From: an uncultured Verrucomicrobiota bacterium
GTDB lineage: Bacteria; Verrucomicrobiota; Kiritimatiellia; CAIQIC01; CAZMXS01
DNA: 64,000 bases
Assembly: GCA_964570325.1 (NCBI GenBank)
Contig: CAZMXS010000001.1
Coordinates: 96,987 to 160,986, forward strand
Direction of reading: 5' to 3'
Below the pieces are notes generated by a model. It did no database searches. It was not told where the DNA came from and worked only from the letters and a program-made list of their open reading frames with translations. Positions 19,365 through 29,645 of the stretch are shown piece after piece. The position numbers and the translations under genes were made by a program. Numbering within the stretch: the stretch's first letter is position 1; the number at the start of each line of letters is the position of its first letter.

Positions 19365-20165
19365 TCATAACATCCGTTCGGCCATGGCCTCGGCGACGTC
19401 ATTGGCGCTGATGACTGCCTGGGTTTTCAAATAACCGGCCAACAGGCACAAGTCCGCGATGGCGTTAATTTCCCGCGGATTACCCTTGCTCAACCGCGCC
19501 ACCTCCACCACGGCGCCGGGTTCAAAAATATCAATGCGGCCGCCGGCCTTCTCCAGCCGGAAGCGCATGTAGTCCTGCACCTCGTCCACCGCCAGCGGCG
19601 GCACATGGAAGCGAAAACCAATACGCTGAACCATTTGTGGAATCGCGCGCAGGCGCTCGTTCACTTCGGTCTGCCCGCTTAAAATCAAGGTCATCAGGTA
19701 ATGGCCCTGCGGATGAAAATTAAGCAGCAGCCGCAATTCCTCCAGCACGGACGCATCCGGGATCAACTGGGCCTCGTCCACCAACATGGCCACATGCCGT
19801 CCGGAAGCGGCGTGGCGCTGAATGGCGTTCTGGAAGGCGTGCAGGACATCGTACTTCGAGCGCGAGTTGATCTCGTCGCCGAGTTGGAAGGACAGCTCCC
19901 GGATCAAATCTATGGCATCCATTCGCGGGTTGGTGACGCTGACCACCTTGTAGCTGGCGGGCGGCAGGCGGCTGAGCGCGGTTTGGCACAGCAAAGTCTT
20001 GCCGGAACCATAATCGCCGGTTAACAGGGTGATCGCCTTGCGGGTTTCGATCGCCATCAACAGGCGCGCGATGCCTTCGCGGTGTCCACGCGACTCGTAG
20101 AAGAAGCGAACATCCGGGGCGTTCTCAAACGGCAACTCGGAAAAATTCCAATACGCGTTGTACAT
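19365..20165 (-). CDS. ExeA/GspA-like AAA ATPase (AAA_22)
   Basis: Walker A GDYGSGKT and Walker B MLVDEAQ. This family is encoded in T2SS-assembly and PEP-CTERM/EPS loci. Confidence 0.7.
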   Translation of the reverse strand: MYNAYWNFSELPFENAPDVRFFYESRGHREGIARLLMAIETRKAITLLTGDYGSGKTLLCQTALSRLPPASYKVVSVTNPRMDAIDLIRELSFQLGDEINSRSKYDVLHAFQNAIQRHAASGRHVAMLVDEAQLIPDASVLEELRLLLNFHPQGHYLMTLILSGQTEVNERLRAIPQMVQRIGFRFHVPPLAVDEVQDYMRFRLEKAGGRIDIFEPGAVVEVARLSKGNPREINAIADLCLLAGYLKTQAVISANDVAEAMAERML

Positions 20166-20451
20166 AATAGACGCTCAATACTTGCCAGCGCCCCGCCGCA
20201 AACCGTGATCCTTGCCGCAAAGCCAGCCGTCACAATGGCTCAACCGGTTCCAGCCGTCACCCCAATTTACAACCTCACACCGCATATAATACGTTGATGG
20301 TTGATTTTTTTCAAACGCTTTACACAACGAATTTTTTATCATTCCAGCCCCGCCCAATATGGGGCATGCCTTGACACATCCTATTGAGCAGGGGTATCTG
20401 TTATTAAAATAATGGCCTGACATACGTCACGCCGGACGTCAAGGTATTTAT
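20166..20451. promoter_or_regulatory. divergent promoter region with short direct repeats
   Basis: AT-rich. GCCGCAAA occurs at 20195 and 20214. CCAGCCGTCAC occurs at 20224 and 20250. ACGTCA occurs at 20425 and 20436. A TTGACA hexamer lies at 20371-20376. Confidence 0.4.
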
Positions 20452-23400
20452 ATGTTTCAGCCTTGGCTCCCGGGAGGGTTTGTTATGCGAACAATGCACT
20501 TTGGAAGCAAGCGGTCACGCGACGGAAGGCAGATCATCAGCGGCATGGGATTATCCATCCTGCTCATTGCCGGTCCGGCTTTTGGCACGGGCTGGATTTC
20601 GCCCAATGCCAATAACAACCCCACCCGTTGGGATAATGAGACTTTGGCGCGCGATAGCAACGTGATCACTTATGCCAGTTGCACACCGAGTAAAACCGGC
20701 TGGGGCCAGGCACTAGAACTTTACTGTGACCCCATCAAGTGCCGGCGCATCCGCGTGAACGCTGATTATCAGCCGGGTGTCAGCTCGGTTCGCCTGGAAA
20801 TCAGGCTGTATCCCAGCGGCACCTGGCAAAACATTTATGAGGGCTCATTCAGCAACCAGGACTGGCAGATCGTCACTTTCAACACCACGAACATCAGCGG
20901 GGCGCGCTGGACCTGGAATTTCACGGACACCATCACTTTCTGGCTCTATGAGCTGGAGTTTTTCGAGGAGGGCGCGACGATCACCGTGCCCGCCTGCGAA
21001 ACGCTGGACGCCAGCTCGGTCGAGGGAACCACGGTCATCCTGCACGGCAACCTGACCGATGATGGCGGCGACCTGTGCCAGTGGCGCATGCAATACGGCC
21101 TGACTTCGAGCTACTCCACCAACACGGAGTGGGTTGGCAACGAGGTGGCGCCAACCCATTTCAGCAAGCTGCTGGTGGATCTGCCGACCAACACCACCTA
21201 CCATTTTCGCGCCCAGGTGCAAAACAGCGCGGGCATCGCCAGCGGCGAGGACAAGGAGTTCACCACCGGCCCGCCGGCCACCGGCTGGATTTCGCCGTCC
21301 GGCTCCAGCAACGACACCGGCAACTGGGAATACCGGGAACGGGCTTACGACGACAACGTGGCAACGGTAGCCCGTTGCCGGCATCCCATGGGCAACCCGG
21401 TCTGGTCGCCCTACATCTACCTGACCCATTCGATTATGATCTGCGACGGAATCGAGTTCTACGCGCGCCGCACCGCGGAGTTCGACATGGGTGAGGTCGG
21501 CGTTCTGCGCAACGGCGCCTGGACCAACGTGTTCAGCGCCAACTTCACCAACCATGTCTGGACCGAGGCCTGGTTCCCGAAAGGCACGGTCACTCAGGCC
21601 CGCGCGCGCTTCCGGCTGACGTCCACCAGCTACGGCCTGGACTACGAACTCAATGAATTCAAGTTCCACCGGCTCGTGGACACGATCATCTCCGGCCGCT
21701 TCAACGGCAATACGCCCGTTACGCTCGTCATCAACGGCGTGACCAACAACACGTTCACGAATTTCACCACCAACGTGTTCAGCTTCGCCGTGTCGGTCGG
21801 CGCCGGCAGCAAGATCTTGATCTTCTACAACGACAACAATCCGGCCACGAACAACGGCGCCGTGGTGACGCTCGCCACCGGCTACAACATGACCGACCTG
21901 GACCTGACGGACGGCGAGCTCATCGTCCGCAACGACTACGGGAGCGGCCTGAGCAACGCGGACCTGATTCAGGCCACCACCGGCGATGCGGATATTCCCT
22001 ACAGCTACAGCGGAACATCCATCATCGTCTCCAATGCCGCCCTCAACGTGCCGGCCGGCCACACCTATGCGCCCGGCACCAACTCGCTCACGCTCTACAG
22101 CAATCTGGTCTACAACGGCACGCTCAACAATACATCCGGCACGGTGACTTTCGCCGGGAACACCCGCATCACCGGCAAGGCCGACGCGTCCTTCTACAAC
22201 GTGACGGTCGCCGGCACGCTTTACGCGCCGACGGGAACGATGTCCGTCGCCGGCAACTGGGTCAATAACGGCTCGTTCTCCAACAACAGCGGCACGGTGA
22301 ACTTCAACGGCAACACCACCATCTCCGGCACGCGGACATCCCTCTTCCACAACGTCACCATCTCCGGCAACCTGGGTGCGCCGGCCGTGATGGGCGTCGC
22401 CGGCAACTGGGTCAATAACGGCGCGTTCTCCAACAACCTCGGCCAGGTAATCTTCAACGGCAACACCACCATCAGCGGGTCCAGCGACACCACCTTCGAC
22501 GACCTGACGATCGCCGCCGGGGCGACGCTGACCGGCCCATCCGGCACGCTGACCGTCAACGGCAACTGGAACAATGCGGGCGGCGCCTATAACCACAATA
22601 ACGGCACGGTCGTCATCGGCGGCACAACCGCCAGCACCAACTCGGGCAACACCACCTTCTACAACCTCGCCTGCACCACCCCGGGCCGGGCGATCTATTT
22701 CACCCCGGGTTCCACCCAGACGGTCGCCGGCACGTTCACGATGGCCGGCGACAGCACCTCCCAGATCCTGCTGCGTTCGACGGTGGCGGGCAGCAAATGG
22801 AAGCTGGACCTGCCCAATACCGACCAGTCCGTGACCTATGTCAATGTGCGCGACTCGGACGCTTTGAACCACACGGTCACCGTCTCCGGTGGCACGGACA
22901 GCGGCAACAACAACGCCAACTGGATTTTCGCCTCGAGCCGCTACTGGGTCGGCGGGACCGGCAATTGGTCGGATACCAACCACTGGTCGCTGACTTCCGG
23001 CGGCCCCGGCGGCGCGTCCGTCCCGACCACCAACCAGCTCGCTATCTTCAACTCCGCCTCGGGCACCGGCACGGCCACGATCAACGTCCCCGCGAACATC
23101 AAGGGCTTGAGCATTCTCGCCGGCACGACGATGACCATCGCCGAAGGGACAAACTTGTTCACAGTCGGCACGGCCGGCTGGGAACAGAAGGGCGGCACCT
23201 ACACCGGCGGCAGCGGCACGCTGACCGTCAACGGCACGTTCCTGCTGACCAACGGCACGTTCACGGCGCCGTCCGGCCTCTTCTCCCTGAGCGGCAACTT
23301 CACCCGCCGGGGCGGCACCTATAACCCCAATGGCGGTACGATCGCGTTCGACGGCTCGACGCTGATCACCCAGACCGTCACCAACAGTTTCGCAAACGTG

Positions 23401-26400
23401 ATCATCAACGGTGAATTGACCGCCCCGGCCTACCTGATCATCAACAGCAATTTTGTCAACAACGGCACATTCAACGCCGGCGCCGGCATCGTGCGCTTCG
23501 CCAGCAACACCGTCGTCAGCGGCGCCAGCACGAGCGTGTTCAACAACCTGCTGATCACCGGGCAATTCACGTCCCATAGCAACTGGCTCAGCATTGCCAA
23601 CAGTCTGACCAACAACGGCACGTTCAACGCCAATGGCGGGACGGTCGCGTTCACCGGCTGGACCATGCTCGGCGGCAACAGCACCTCGCAGTTCAACAAC
23701 GTGGTGATCAACGGCTGGCTGACGCCCGGCGCGACGCGACCGATAATGGTCGCGGGGGACTGGATCAACAACGGCAACTTCTACCACAACGACGGGTCCG
23801 TGATCTTCAACGGGGCCAGCGCCATCAGCGGCACGAACGTCACGGTCTTCAATAATTTCACCATCGCGGGCGCGGTCACCGCGCCCGCCGGCGAGATGCG
23901 CGTCGCCGGCAACTGGGTCAACAACGGAGCGTTCAACGCGAACGGCGGCATGGTCACGTTCAACGGCCAGACCACGATCAGCGGCGCCAGTTCCAACCAG
24001 TTCAACCACGTCACCCTGTGGGGCAACCTGACGGCCCCGACCGGAACGATCTATGTCGCGGGCAACTGGATCAACGACGGATCGTTCACCCATAATAATG
24101 GCACGGTCTTCTTCAACGGGACCAGCCTGATCGGCGGTGGCGTGGTCACAACGTTTAAAAACGTGATCATCGGCGCGGACGCCGCCGTGACCGGCCCCGC
24201 CTCCACCCTGAACGTCGCCGGCAACTGGAACGGCAGCGCCGGCTATTATTACAACAACGGCGGCCGCGTGATCCTGCCCGGCACGACCACACAATGGGTC
24301 TCCACCGGCGGCGCCTGGCTCAACGGCACCAACAACTGGAAGAACAACTGGGGCACCCTGATCGTATCCAACGGCTCCGCCGGCGGCGTCTATTTCACCG
24401 ACGGCTTCAAGGCGAACTACTTCATTGACACCGTGCCCGGCTCAACCCTCTATTTCCGAACGCAGGAGGAAGTCACCAACGTCTATGAGTTCGGCGCCGT
24501 CGGCGGGTTGACCTTGCAGGGTTCGTCATCCCAGCGGATCATCCTGCGCCGCTACGGCGGCTCCGGCACAAACCAGTGGGAATTGACGCCCACCGCCGCG
24601 AGCTTTAACTGGACAGTCAATTATGTGGACGTTCAGAACTCGGTCAACTCGGGATCCAGCGCCATTTACCCGACCAATTCGCTGGACTCCGGCAATACGG
24701 AGAATTGGTTCGTGCCCACGCTCGTCGAGTTCGGCTGGCTCTACGCCATCGGCCGCGACGGCGCGGTTACCGTGCGCTGGAAGACGGAGTCCGAGGTCAA
24801 CAACGCCGGCTTCAACGTGTACCGGGCGCCGGCCGCCGACGGGCCGTACGCGCGACTCAACCCGACGCTGATCCGCGGGCTGGGCAACTCGGTCATGGGC
24901 GGGGAATACAAGTTCGAGGACGGCGCAGCGACCAACGGCGCGACCTATTATTATCTGGTCGAAAGCGTCGAGTATGATGGCCGCGCGCAATTGTTCGGGC
25001 CGTCCGCGGCGCAGCCCGGACGCGACAGCGACGGCGACGGCATGACCGACGACTGGGAGGATTTCTACGGGCTGGACAAGGGGCTGGACGACGCGGGCGG
25101 CAACCCCGACGGCGACGGCTGGACCAACCTCCAGGAGTTCCAGCGCGACACCAACCCGTACCAGGATGAAGGCGAAACGGGCGCAGGCGGGGGCGGCGGC
25201 CCGCCGACCGCCGGCGGGGCGGACCTCTACAAGCTGACGGTTGACGCGGACGGCATCTACCGGCTCGACGCTGCGTACCTCTCGACCTATACCACCAACC
25301 TCGCCGCTTGGGTCGTCAGCAATATCCACATTTTCTGCCAGGGGGCGGCCATCCCACTGCTTTATCACGACGAGGACGACGCCGCCTTCGGCACTAATGA
25401 CTATGTTGAGTTTTTTGGCCGCGGCCTGAACACGCGCTTCTCCGGCGATAATATCTACTGGCTCTGCCCGTGGACCAATGCCGGCCCCATCATGCCCGCT
25501 GTCGGCAACGGCAGCGGAACCCTGCAAACGACCGCGCCGTTCACCGAACACTTCGAAGAAAACGCGTACTACGAACCGGAATTGCCGGACGAATATCCGG
25601 ATGACGACCACTGGTTCTTCTACGACAGCCTCTGGGTCATCGGCCCGGAAACCAATACGCTCGACTTCTTCCCGACGTTGTCCGGCGTCGCCGGCGGCAG
25701 TGCCACCGGGCTGTTGACGGTGGCCTTGCGCGGCCTGAACGAGGGGACCAATACCGTCCGAGTATGGCTGAATGGCGCGGCTTGCCCCGACGCGGTCTGG
25801 ACCGGTCTGCACCAGTATGCCTATGCGGCGCCGATCAGCCAGGCCGGCCTGCTCGAAGGCACAAACACGGTGACGCTTTCGCTGATCGGCGACGAGGAAA
25901 CATTCAGCCGCGATGTGCTGATCAACTGGTTTGAAATCGCCTACACGCGCGACCTCACGGCGGCAAACGGCGCCCTGCTCTTCACCAATCGGGCCGGCGG
26001 CGCGGCGGCCTGGCAGGTCGGCGGCTTCGCCGCCGCCGACGTACGGGTACTGCGCGTGGGCGACACCGGCGATGTCGCCGTCGCGGTGGTGACCAACGTC
26101 ACCGTCAGCGGCGCGGGCCCCTACGCGGCGGTTTTCGCCGACAACGCGCCGGCGGGCGCGGCTTATGCCTTGGCCGCCGCCAACGCCCTTCGCCGCCCGG
26201 CCGCCTGCGTTGCAGAAGAATCGTCGAACCTGCGCAGCGCAACCAACCAGGCCGACTACCTCATCATCGCCTACGAGCCGTTCCGCGAGACACTCGCCCC
26301 GTTGATTGCCGACCGTGCCGCGCGCGGCCTGAACGTCAAAGTCGTCGGCTTGACCGATGTGTACGACGATTTCAACTTCGGGATTCGGAGTCCGTACGCC

Positions 26401-28521
26401 ATCCGCGATTTCCTGGACTACGCCCGACAGTATTGGCGGAAACCGGCCCCCATGTACGTCCTGTTCGCCGGCGACACCTCCTATGATTACCGCGACTATG
26501 AGGACGTTGGCGCGGTTGATTACCTGCCCACGAAGATGATCCACGATGTCTTCGGCGAGGTTCCGTCCGACAACTGGTTTGTTTCGCTGGTCGCAACCAA
26601 CACCGGCTCGGAAGACATGTTTGTCGGGCGTTTCCCCGCGCGCTCCACCAACGACCTGGCGCGTATGATCCAGAAAACGCTCGATTATGAAGCCGCGGAT
26701 CCCGAGGCGCCCTGGGCGCGGCGCGCGGCGTTCGTGGCCGATAATGGGGATCCCGAATATGAGCGCATCTGCGCGGCCACGGCCGGCTGGCTGCCAACCC
26801 ACTACGTCGCCACCAACATCTGGGTCCGGACCTACGCGCAGCCCACCGACTGCCGGCCGGAGATCCTGGCCGCGTTCAACAGCGGCGCGCTGCTGATCGA
26901 GTACGCCGGACATGGCTCCTACAGCAAGTGGGCGCACGAGGGCATCTTCCGCAACGAGGACATTGCCGCCCTCACCAACGCCGCGACCACGCCGCTGGTC
27001 GTTACGCCCACCTGCATGAACGGTTACTTCGTCACCCCGGCTCACTACAACCGCGAGTGCATGGCCGAACAGCTCATACGAACGAACCGCGTCGGCGCCG
27101 CCGCCTGCCTCTCGCCATCCGGCTGGTCGGCGCCGCCTGAACAGCGCGTGCTGGCCGAGGGGCTCTTCCAGGCGATTTTCGCGGAGGGCGCCTTCGAAGC
27201 CGGCCCGGCGGTCGCGCGCGCGAAGCAGCTCCTGCTTGAACAGCACGGCACCAACGGCCTGATGGTGGCCAATACTTACGTTCTCTTCGGCGACCCGGCC
27301 CTGCGCCTGCGCCGGTGGTCCGGCTATGTGTACGACACGAACGCGCCGGCCGTCACCGCCGTCAACCCGACTAACGGCTCGATCGCCGCCGATCCGGCCG
27401 GCGCCATCCGCGTGACCTTCAGCAAGCCAATGAACGACATCGCCACGCGCACGGCATTTGCCCTCGATCCGCCAGCCGCCGGCGCGTTCCAGTGGGACGG
27501 GAACACCCTCGTGTTCCAACCGGAAGCGGCCCTGACGCCGTTCGTCACCTACACCGTCACGCTTCACGACACCGCCTGCGACCGCACCGGCCACCGGCTG
27601 GCGGCGGACTATACCTTCGCCTTCACGCCCACGCGCTGGACGGCCGCCGGCACAATCGCCTACGCCGGGTTGCAGTCCGGTTTGATCTACATCTTCGGCG
27701 TCGCAACGGAGGACGACTGGCGTCCCGGCGCCACGCCCGCCCTGATTTCACAGCCGGGCGCCTACACGCTTGACCGGCCGGGCAATACGCCGATGTGGCT
27801 GCGCGCGTTCCGCGACACCAACGGCAACGGCCTCCTGGACCCCATGGAGGCCCGCGGGGAATATATCGGGAATCCGGTGATGCTGACCCATGACTTGAAT
27901 GTGGACATTACCCTCGTGGACCCCGACGCGGACAGCGACGGCCTGCCCGACTGGGTCGAGGACAACGGCGGCATTTACTACGGCGCCACGCGCACCGGCA
28001 GCAACCCAAACAACGCCGACACCGATGGCGACGGCATCCCCGACGCCACCGAGGTAAATGTTTACAACAGCAATCCCGCCAATGCGGACACGGATAAGGA
28101 CGGGCTGGACGACAGCGCCGAGCTGCTGGCGGGCACCAACCTGCGCAACTGGGACACCGACGGCGATCTGGTCGGCGACTATCAGGAACTGTTTGTTTAC
28201 GGGACCGACCCCCTGAAAGCCGACACCGACGCCGACCACATCTGGGACGGCGACGAATTGATTGCCGGCACCAGCCCGACCAACGGTCTGGACTTCCTCC
28301 ACGTCACGCAATATGAAACGGCAGACGGCGCCGAATTCACTTTCACCTGGGAGACGCGGAGCAACCGCTGGTATGACCTCCAGGGCGCGCCGGACATCTT
28401 CGATTCCGCGACCTGGACCACACTCGAAACACGGCTGGGCGACGGCGCGACCGTTACCGCCACCAACACGCCGGCCCCCGATCTGCGCTTTTTCTGGATT
28501 AACGTGCGGCCGGCGGAGTAG
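20452..28521 (+). CDS. giant (2689 aa) secreted/cell-surface protein with PATR-like beta-strand repeats, Ca-binding TSP3-like repeats and a peptidase C25 (gingipain)-like domain
   Basis: Signal peptide. Dozens of ~35-40-aa repeats (GNWVNNGxFSNNxGTVxFNGNTTISG). D-x-D-x-D-G clusters. His and Cys dyad-like motifs EYAGHGSYSKW and VTPTCMNGYF at about 26.9-27.0 kb. Confidence 0.85.
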   Translation: MFQPWLPGGFVMRTMHFGSKRSRDGRQIISGMGLSILLIAGPAFGTGWISPNANNNPTRWDNETLARDSNVITYASCTPSKTGWGQALELYCDPIKCRRIRVNADYQPGVSSVRLEIRLYPSGTWQNIYEGSFSNQDWQIVTFNTTNISGARWTWNFTDTITFWLYELEFFEEGATITVPACETLDASSVEGTTVILHGNLTDDGGDLCQWRMQYGLTSSYSTNTEWVGNEVAPTHFSKLLVDLPTNTTYHFRAQVQNSAGIASGEDKEFTTGPPATGWISPSGSSNDTGNWEYRERAYDDNVATVARCRHPMGNPVWSPYIYLTHSIMICDGIEFYARRTAEFDMGEVGVLRNGAWTNVFSANFTNHVWTEAWFPKGTVTQARARFRLTSTSYGLDYELNEFKFHRLVDTIISGRFNGNTPVTLVINGVTNNTFTNFTTNVFSFAVSVGAGSKILIFYNDNNPATNNGAVVTLATGYNMTDLDLTDGELIVRNDYGSGLSNADLIQATTGDADIPYSYSGTSIIVSNAALNVPAGHTYAPGTNSLTLYSNLVYNGTLNNTSGTVTFAGNTRITGKADASFYNVTVAGTLYAPTGTMSVAGNWVNNGSFSNNSGTVNFNGNTTISGTRTSLFHNVTISGNLGAPAVMGVAGNWVNNGAFSNNLGQVIFNGNTTISGSSDTTFDDLTIAAGATLTGPSGTLTVNGNWNNAGGAYNHNNGTVVIGGTTASTNSGNTTFYNLACTTPGRAIYFTPGSTQTVAGTFTMAGDSTSQILLRSTVAGSKWKLDLPNTDQSVTYVNVRDSDALNHTVTVSGGTDSGNNNANWIFASSRYWVGGTGNWSDTNHWSLTSGGPGGASVPTTNQLAIFNSASGTGTATINVPANIKGLSILAGTTMTIAEGTNLFTVGTAGWEQKGGTYTGGSGTLTVNGTFLLTNGTFTAPSGLFSLSGNFTRRGGTYNPNGGTIAFDGSTLITQTVTNSFANVIINGELTAPAYLIINSNFVNNGTFNAGAGIVRFASNTVVSGASTSVFNNLLITGQFTSHSNWLSIANSLTNNGTFNANGGTVAFTGWTMLGGNSTSQFNNVVINGWLTPGATRPIMVAGDWINNGNFYHNDGSVIFNGASAISGTNVTVFNNFTIAGAVTAPAGEMRVAGNWVNNGAFNANGGMVTFNGQTTISGASSNQFNHVTLWGNLTAPTGTIYVAGNWINDGSFTHNNGTVFFNGTSLIGGGVVTTFKNVIIGADAAVTGPASTLNVAGNWNGSAGYYYNNGGRVILPGTTTQWVSTGGAWLNGTNNWKNNWGTLIVSNGSAGGVYFTDGFKANYFIDTVPGSTLYFRTQEEVTNVYEFGAVGGLTLQGSSSQRIILRRYGGSGTNQWELTPTAASFNWTVNYVDVQNSVNSGSSAIYPTNSLDSGNTENWFVPTLVEFGWLYAIGRDGAVTVRWKTESEVNNAGFNVYRAPAADGPYARLNPTLIRGLGNSVMGGEYKFEDGAATNGATYYYLVESVEYDGRAQLFGPSAAQPGRDSDGDGMTDDWEDFYGLDKGLDDAGGNPDGDGWTNLQEFQRDTNPYQDEGETGAGGGGGPPTAGGADLYKLTVDADGIYRLDAAYLSTYTTNLAAWVVSNIHIFCQGAAIPLLYHDEDDAAFGTNDYVEFFGRGLNTRFSGDNIYWLCPWTNAGPIMPAVGNGSGTLQTTAPFTEHFEENAYYEPELPDEYPDDDHWFFYDSLWVIGPETNTLDFFPTLSGVAGGSATGLLTVALRGLNEGTNTVRVWLNGAACPDAVWTGLHQYAYAAPISQAGLLEGTNTVTLSLIGDEETFSRDVLINWFEIAYTRDLTAANGALLFTNRAGGAAAWQVGGFAAADVRVLRVGDTGDVAVAVVTNVTVSGAGPYAAVFADNAPAGAAYALAAANALRRPAACVAEESSNLRSATNQADYLIIAYEPFRETLAPLIADRAARGLNVKVVGLTDVYDDFNFGIRSPYAIRDFLDYARQYWRKPAPMYVLFAGDTSYDYRDYEDVGAVDYLPTKMIHDVFGEVPSDNWFVSLVATNTGSEDMFVGRFPARSTNDLARMIQKTLDYEAADPEAPWARRAAFVADNGDPEYERICAATAGWLPTHYVATNIWVRTYAQPTDCRPEILAAFNSGALLIEYAGHGSYSKWAHEGIFRNEDIAALTNAATTPLVVTPTCMNGYFVTPAHYNRECMAEQLIRTNRVGAAACLSPSGWSAPPEQRVLAEGLFQAIFAEGAFEAGPAVARAKQLLLEQHGTNGLMVANTYVLFGDPALRLRRWSGYVYDTNAPAVTAVNPTNGSIAADPAGAIRVTFSKPMNDIATRTAFALDPPAAGAFQWDGNTLVFQPEAALTPFVTYTVTLHDTACDRTGHRLAADYTFAFTPTRWTAAGTIAYAGLQSGLIYIFGVATEDDWRPGATPALISQPGAYTLDRPGNTPMWLRAFRDTNGNGLLDPMEARGEYIGNPVMLTHDLNVDITLVDPDADSDGLPDWVEDNGGIYYGATRTGSNPNNADTDGDGIPDATEVNVYNSNPANADTDKDGLDDSAELLAGTNLRNWDTDGDLVGDYQELFVYGTDPLKADTDADHIWDGDELIAGTSPTNGLDFLHVTQYETADGAEFTFTWETRSNRWYDLQGAPDIFDSATWTTLETRLGDGATVTATNTPAPDLRFFWINVRPAE

Positions 28522-28531
28522 CGGGCAATCC

Positions 28532-29365
28532 ATGCCGGAGTCCGCATCCAAACCGATTCAGGAGCTGCCGACCCGGCTGGCCGGGTTCCCTTTCACGTTA
28601 CAATTTTATGATCCTGCGCTGAAATCACAGGCGGCCCGGCAGGTGCCCTTGGCGCGGCACGCCGGCGCGCGCGATTCAGTCACGCTGATGGTGCTTCCCC
28701 CAACGCGCGGCGCCGCGCGGGCACGGCGCCGGAGCATGACGGTTCGACTGGATGGCGTCGGAGGTTATTCCGGCGAGTTTGATCCGGTTACCCGCCGCGG
28801 TTGGATCCGCGTAGCGGAAGATCACCCGCTGGAGGCCCTCCTGAACGCCCTGCGCCGCATCGTGACCCTGCTCGTTTACCGGGAAGGCGGCGCCGTCATC
28901 CACGGCGCGGGTGTGCAGCGCGGGCGGCGGCTTTTCATCTTCTTCGGGCCCAGCGGCGCAGGCAAAACCACGGTCTGCGAGCTGTCGCCGGAAGCCAAGA
29001 TTCTCAACGACGATCTGATGGCTGTGCGCCGGGTGAACGGCCGAGCGCGGGTGTGGCCCATGCCCTGCCGCCGCCCGGCCCCGGCCCGACCGCCCGCGGG
29101 CGACGATGGCCGGGAGCCCGCGCTCCTGATTGAATTGCGGCAAGCCCGCAAGACCTACCTGCAACGCCTGCCGCCCGCGCTCGCGCTGGCGCGGGTGCTG
29201 GCCCTGCCGGCCGAACCGAGCAACCCGCAAGCGACGCTGGAGATTCTGGAGCGCCTGGTCCGCCAAACCCCCTGTTACCGGCTGTATTTTACCCGGACTC
29301 CGGATTTCTGGGGCCCGATCGAGTCCTTGTTGGCCAACCCACGGAGACAAGCCGATGTCCGGTGA
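28532..29365 (+). CDS. HPr kinase/phosphorylase-related P-loop kinase
   Basis: IHGAGVQRGRRLFIFFGPSGAGKTT...ILNDDLMAV resembles the HprK C-terminal domain (P-loop followed by an LVADD-like motif). Starts 10 nt after the giant gene stop. Confidence 0.65.
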   Translation: MPESASKPIQELPTRLAGFPFTLQFYDPALKSQAARQVPLARHAGARDSVTLMVLPPTRGAARARRRSMTVRLDGVGGYSGEFDPVTRRGWIRVAEDHPLEALLNALRRIVTLLVYREGGAVIHGAGVQRGRRLFIFFGPSGAGKTTVCELSPEAKILNDDLMAVRRVNGRARVWPMPCRRPAPARPPAGDDGREPALLIELRQARKTYLQRLPPALALARVLALPAEPSNPQATLEILERLVRQTPCYRLYFTRTPDFWGPIESLLANPRRQADVR

Positions 29366-29645
29366 GATTTTCCAGCGATCCCCGCGCGCCGTGCATCGGG
29401 TTGTTGACGGCGAGGCCGTCATTGTCGAACCGGCGATCGGCATGGTCACCATCTTGAACGATGTCGGCGCGCGAGTCTGGGAATCGCTGGACGGGCGGCA
29501 GTCCGCGGCAGAAATCGCCGCCGCCATCGCGGAGGAATACGCGGTGCCCCCCGCCGAGGCCGCGGCCGACGTGACCGCTTTTCTGGCGGAGTTGATGGAA
29601 AAGGGATTGATCAATCGGCATGACGACCGCGGTAATAAAAACTGA
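29355..29645 (+). CDS. PqqD-family protein (RiPP recognition element-like)
   Basis: VVDGEAVIVEP...ILNDVGARVWESLDGRQSAAEIAAAIAEEY follows the PqqD pattern. Overlaps the kinase gene by 11 nt. Confidence 0.7.
   Translation: MSGEIFQRSPRAVHRVVDGEAVIVEPAIGMVTILNDVGARVWESLDGRQSAAEIAAAIAEEYAVPPAEAAADVTAFLAELMEKGLINRHDDRGNKN

Noticed and set aside
20845-24294. 1149-aa ORF on the minus strand (and the 1022-aa one at 24526..27594)
   Set aside because: Both lie entirely antisense to the 2689-aa repeat-rich gene. Their low-complexity Gly/Ala/Arg/Val composition is typical of shadow frames in high-GC DNA, and they have no recognisable motifs.
5808-28521. PEP-CTERM / exosortase-type sorting signals on the secreted proteins (5808..7298, 9317..9958, 20452..28521), expected because of the ExeA-like ATPase
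   Set aside because: None of the secreted proteins in the window ends with a PEP motif followed by a TM helix and a basic tail. The PEP-CTERM association of the ATPase is therefore unsupported by this window alone.
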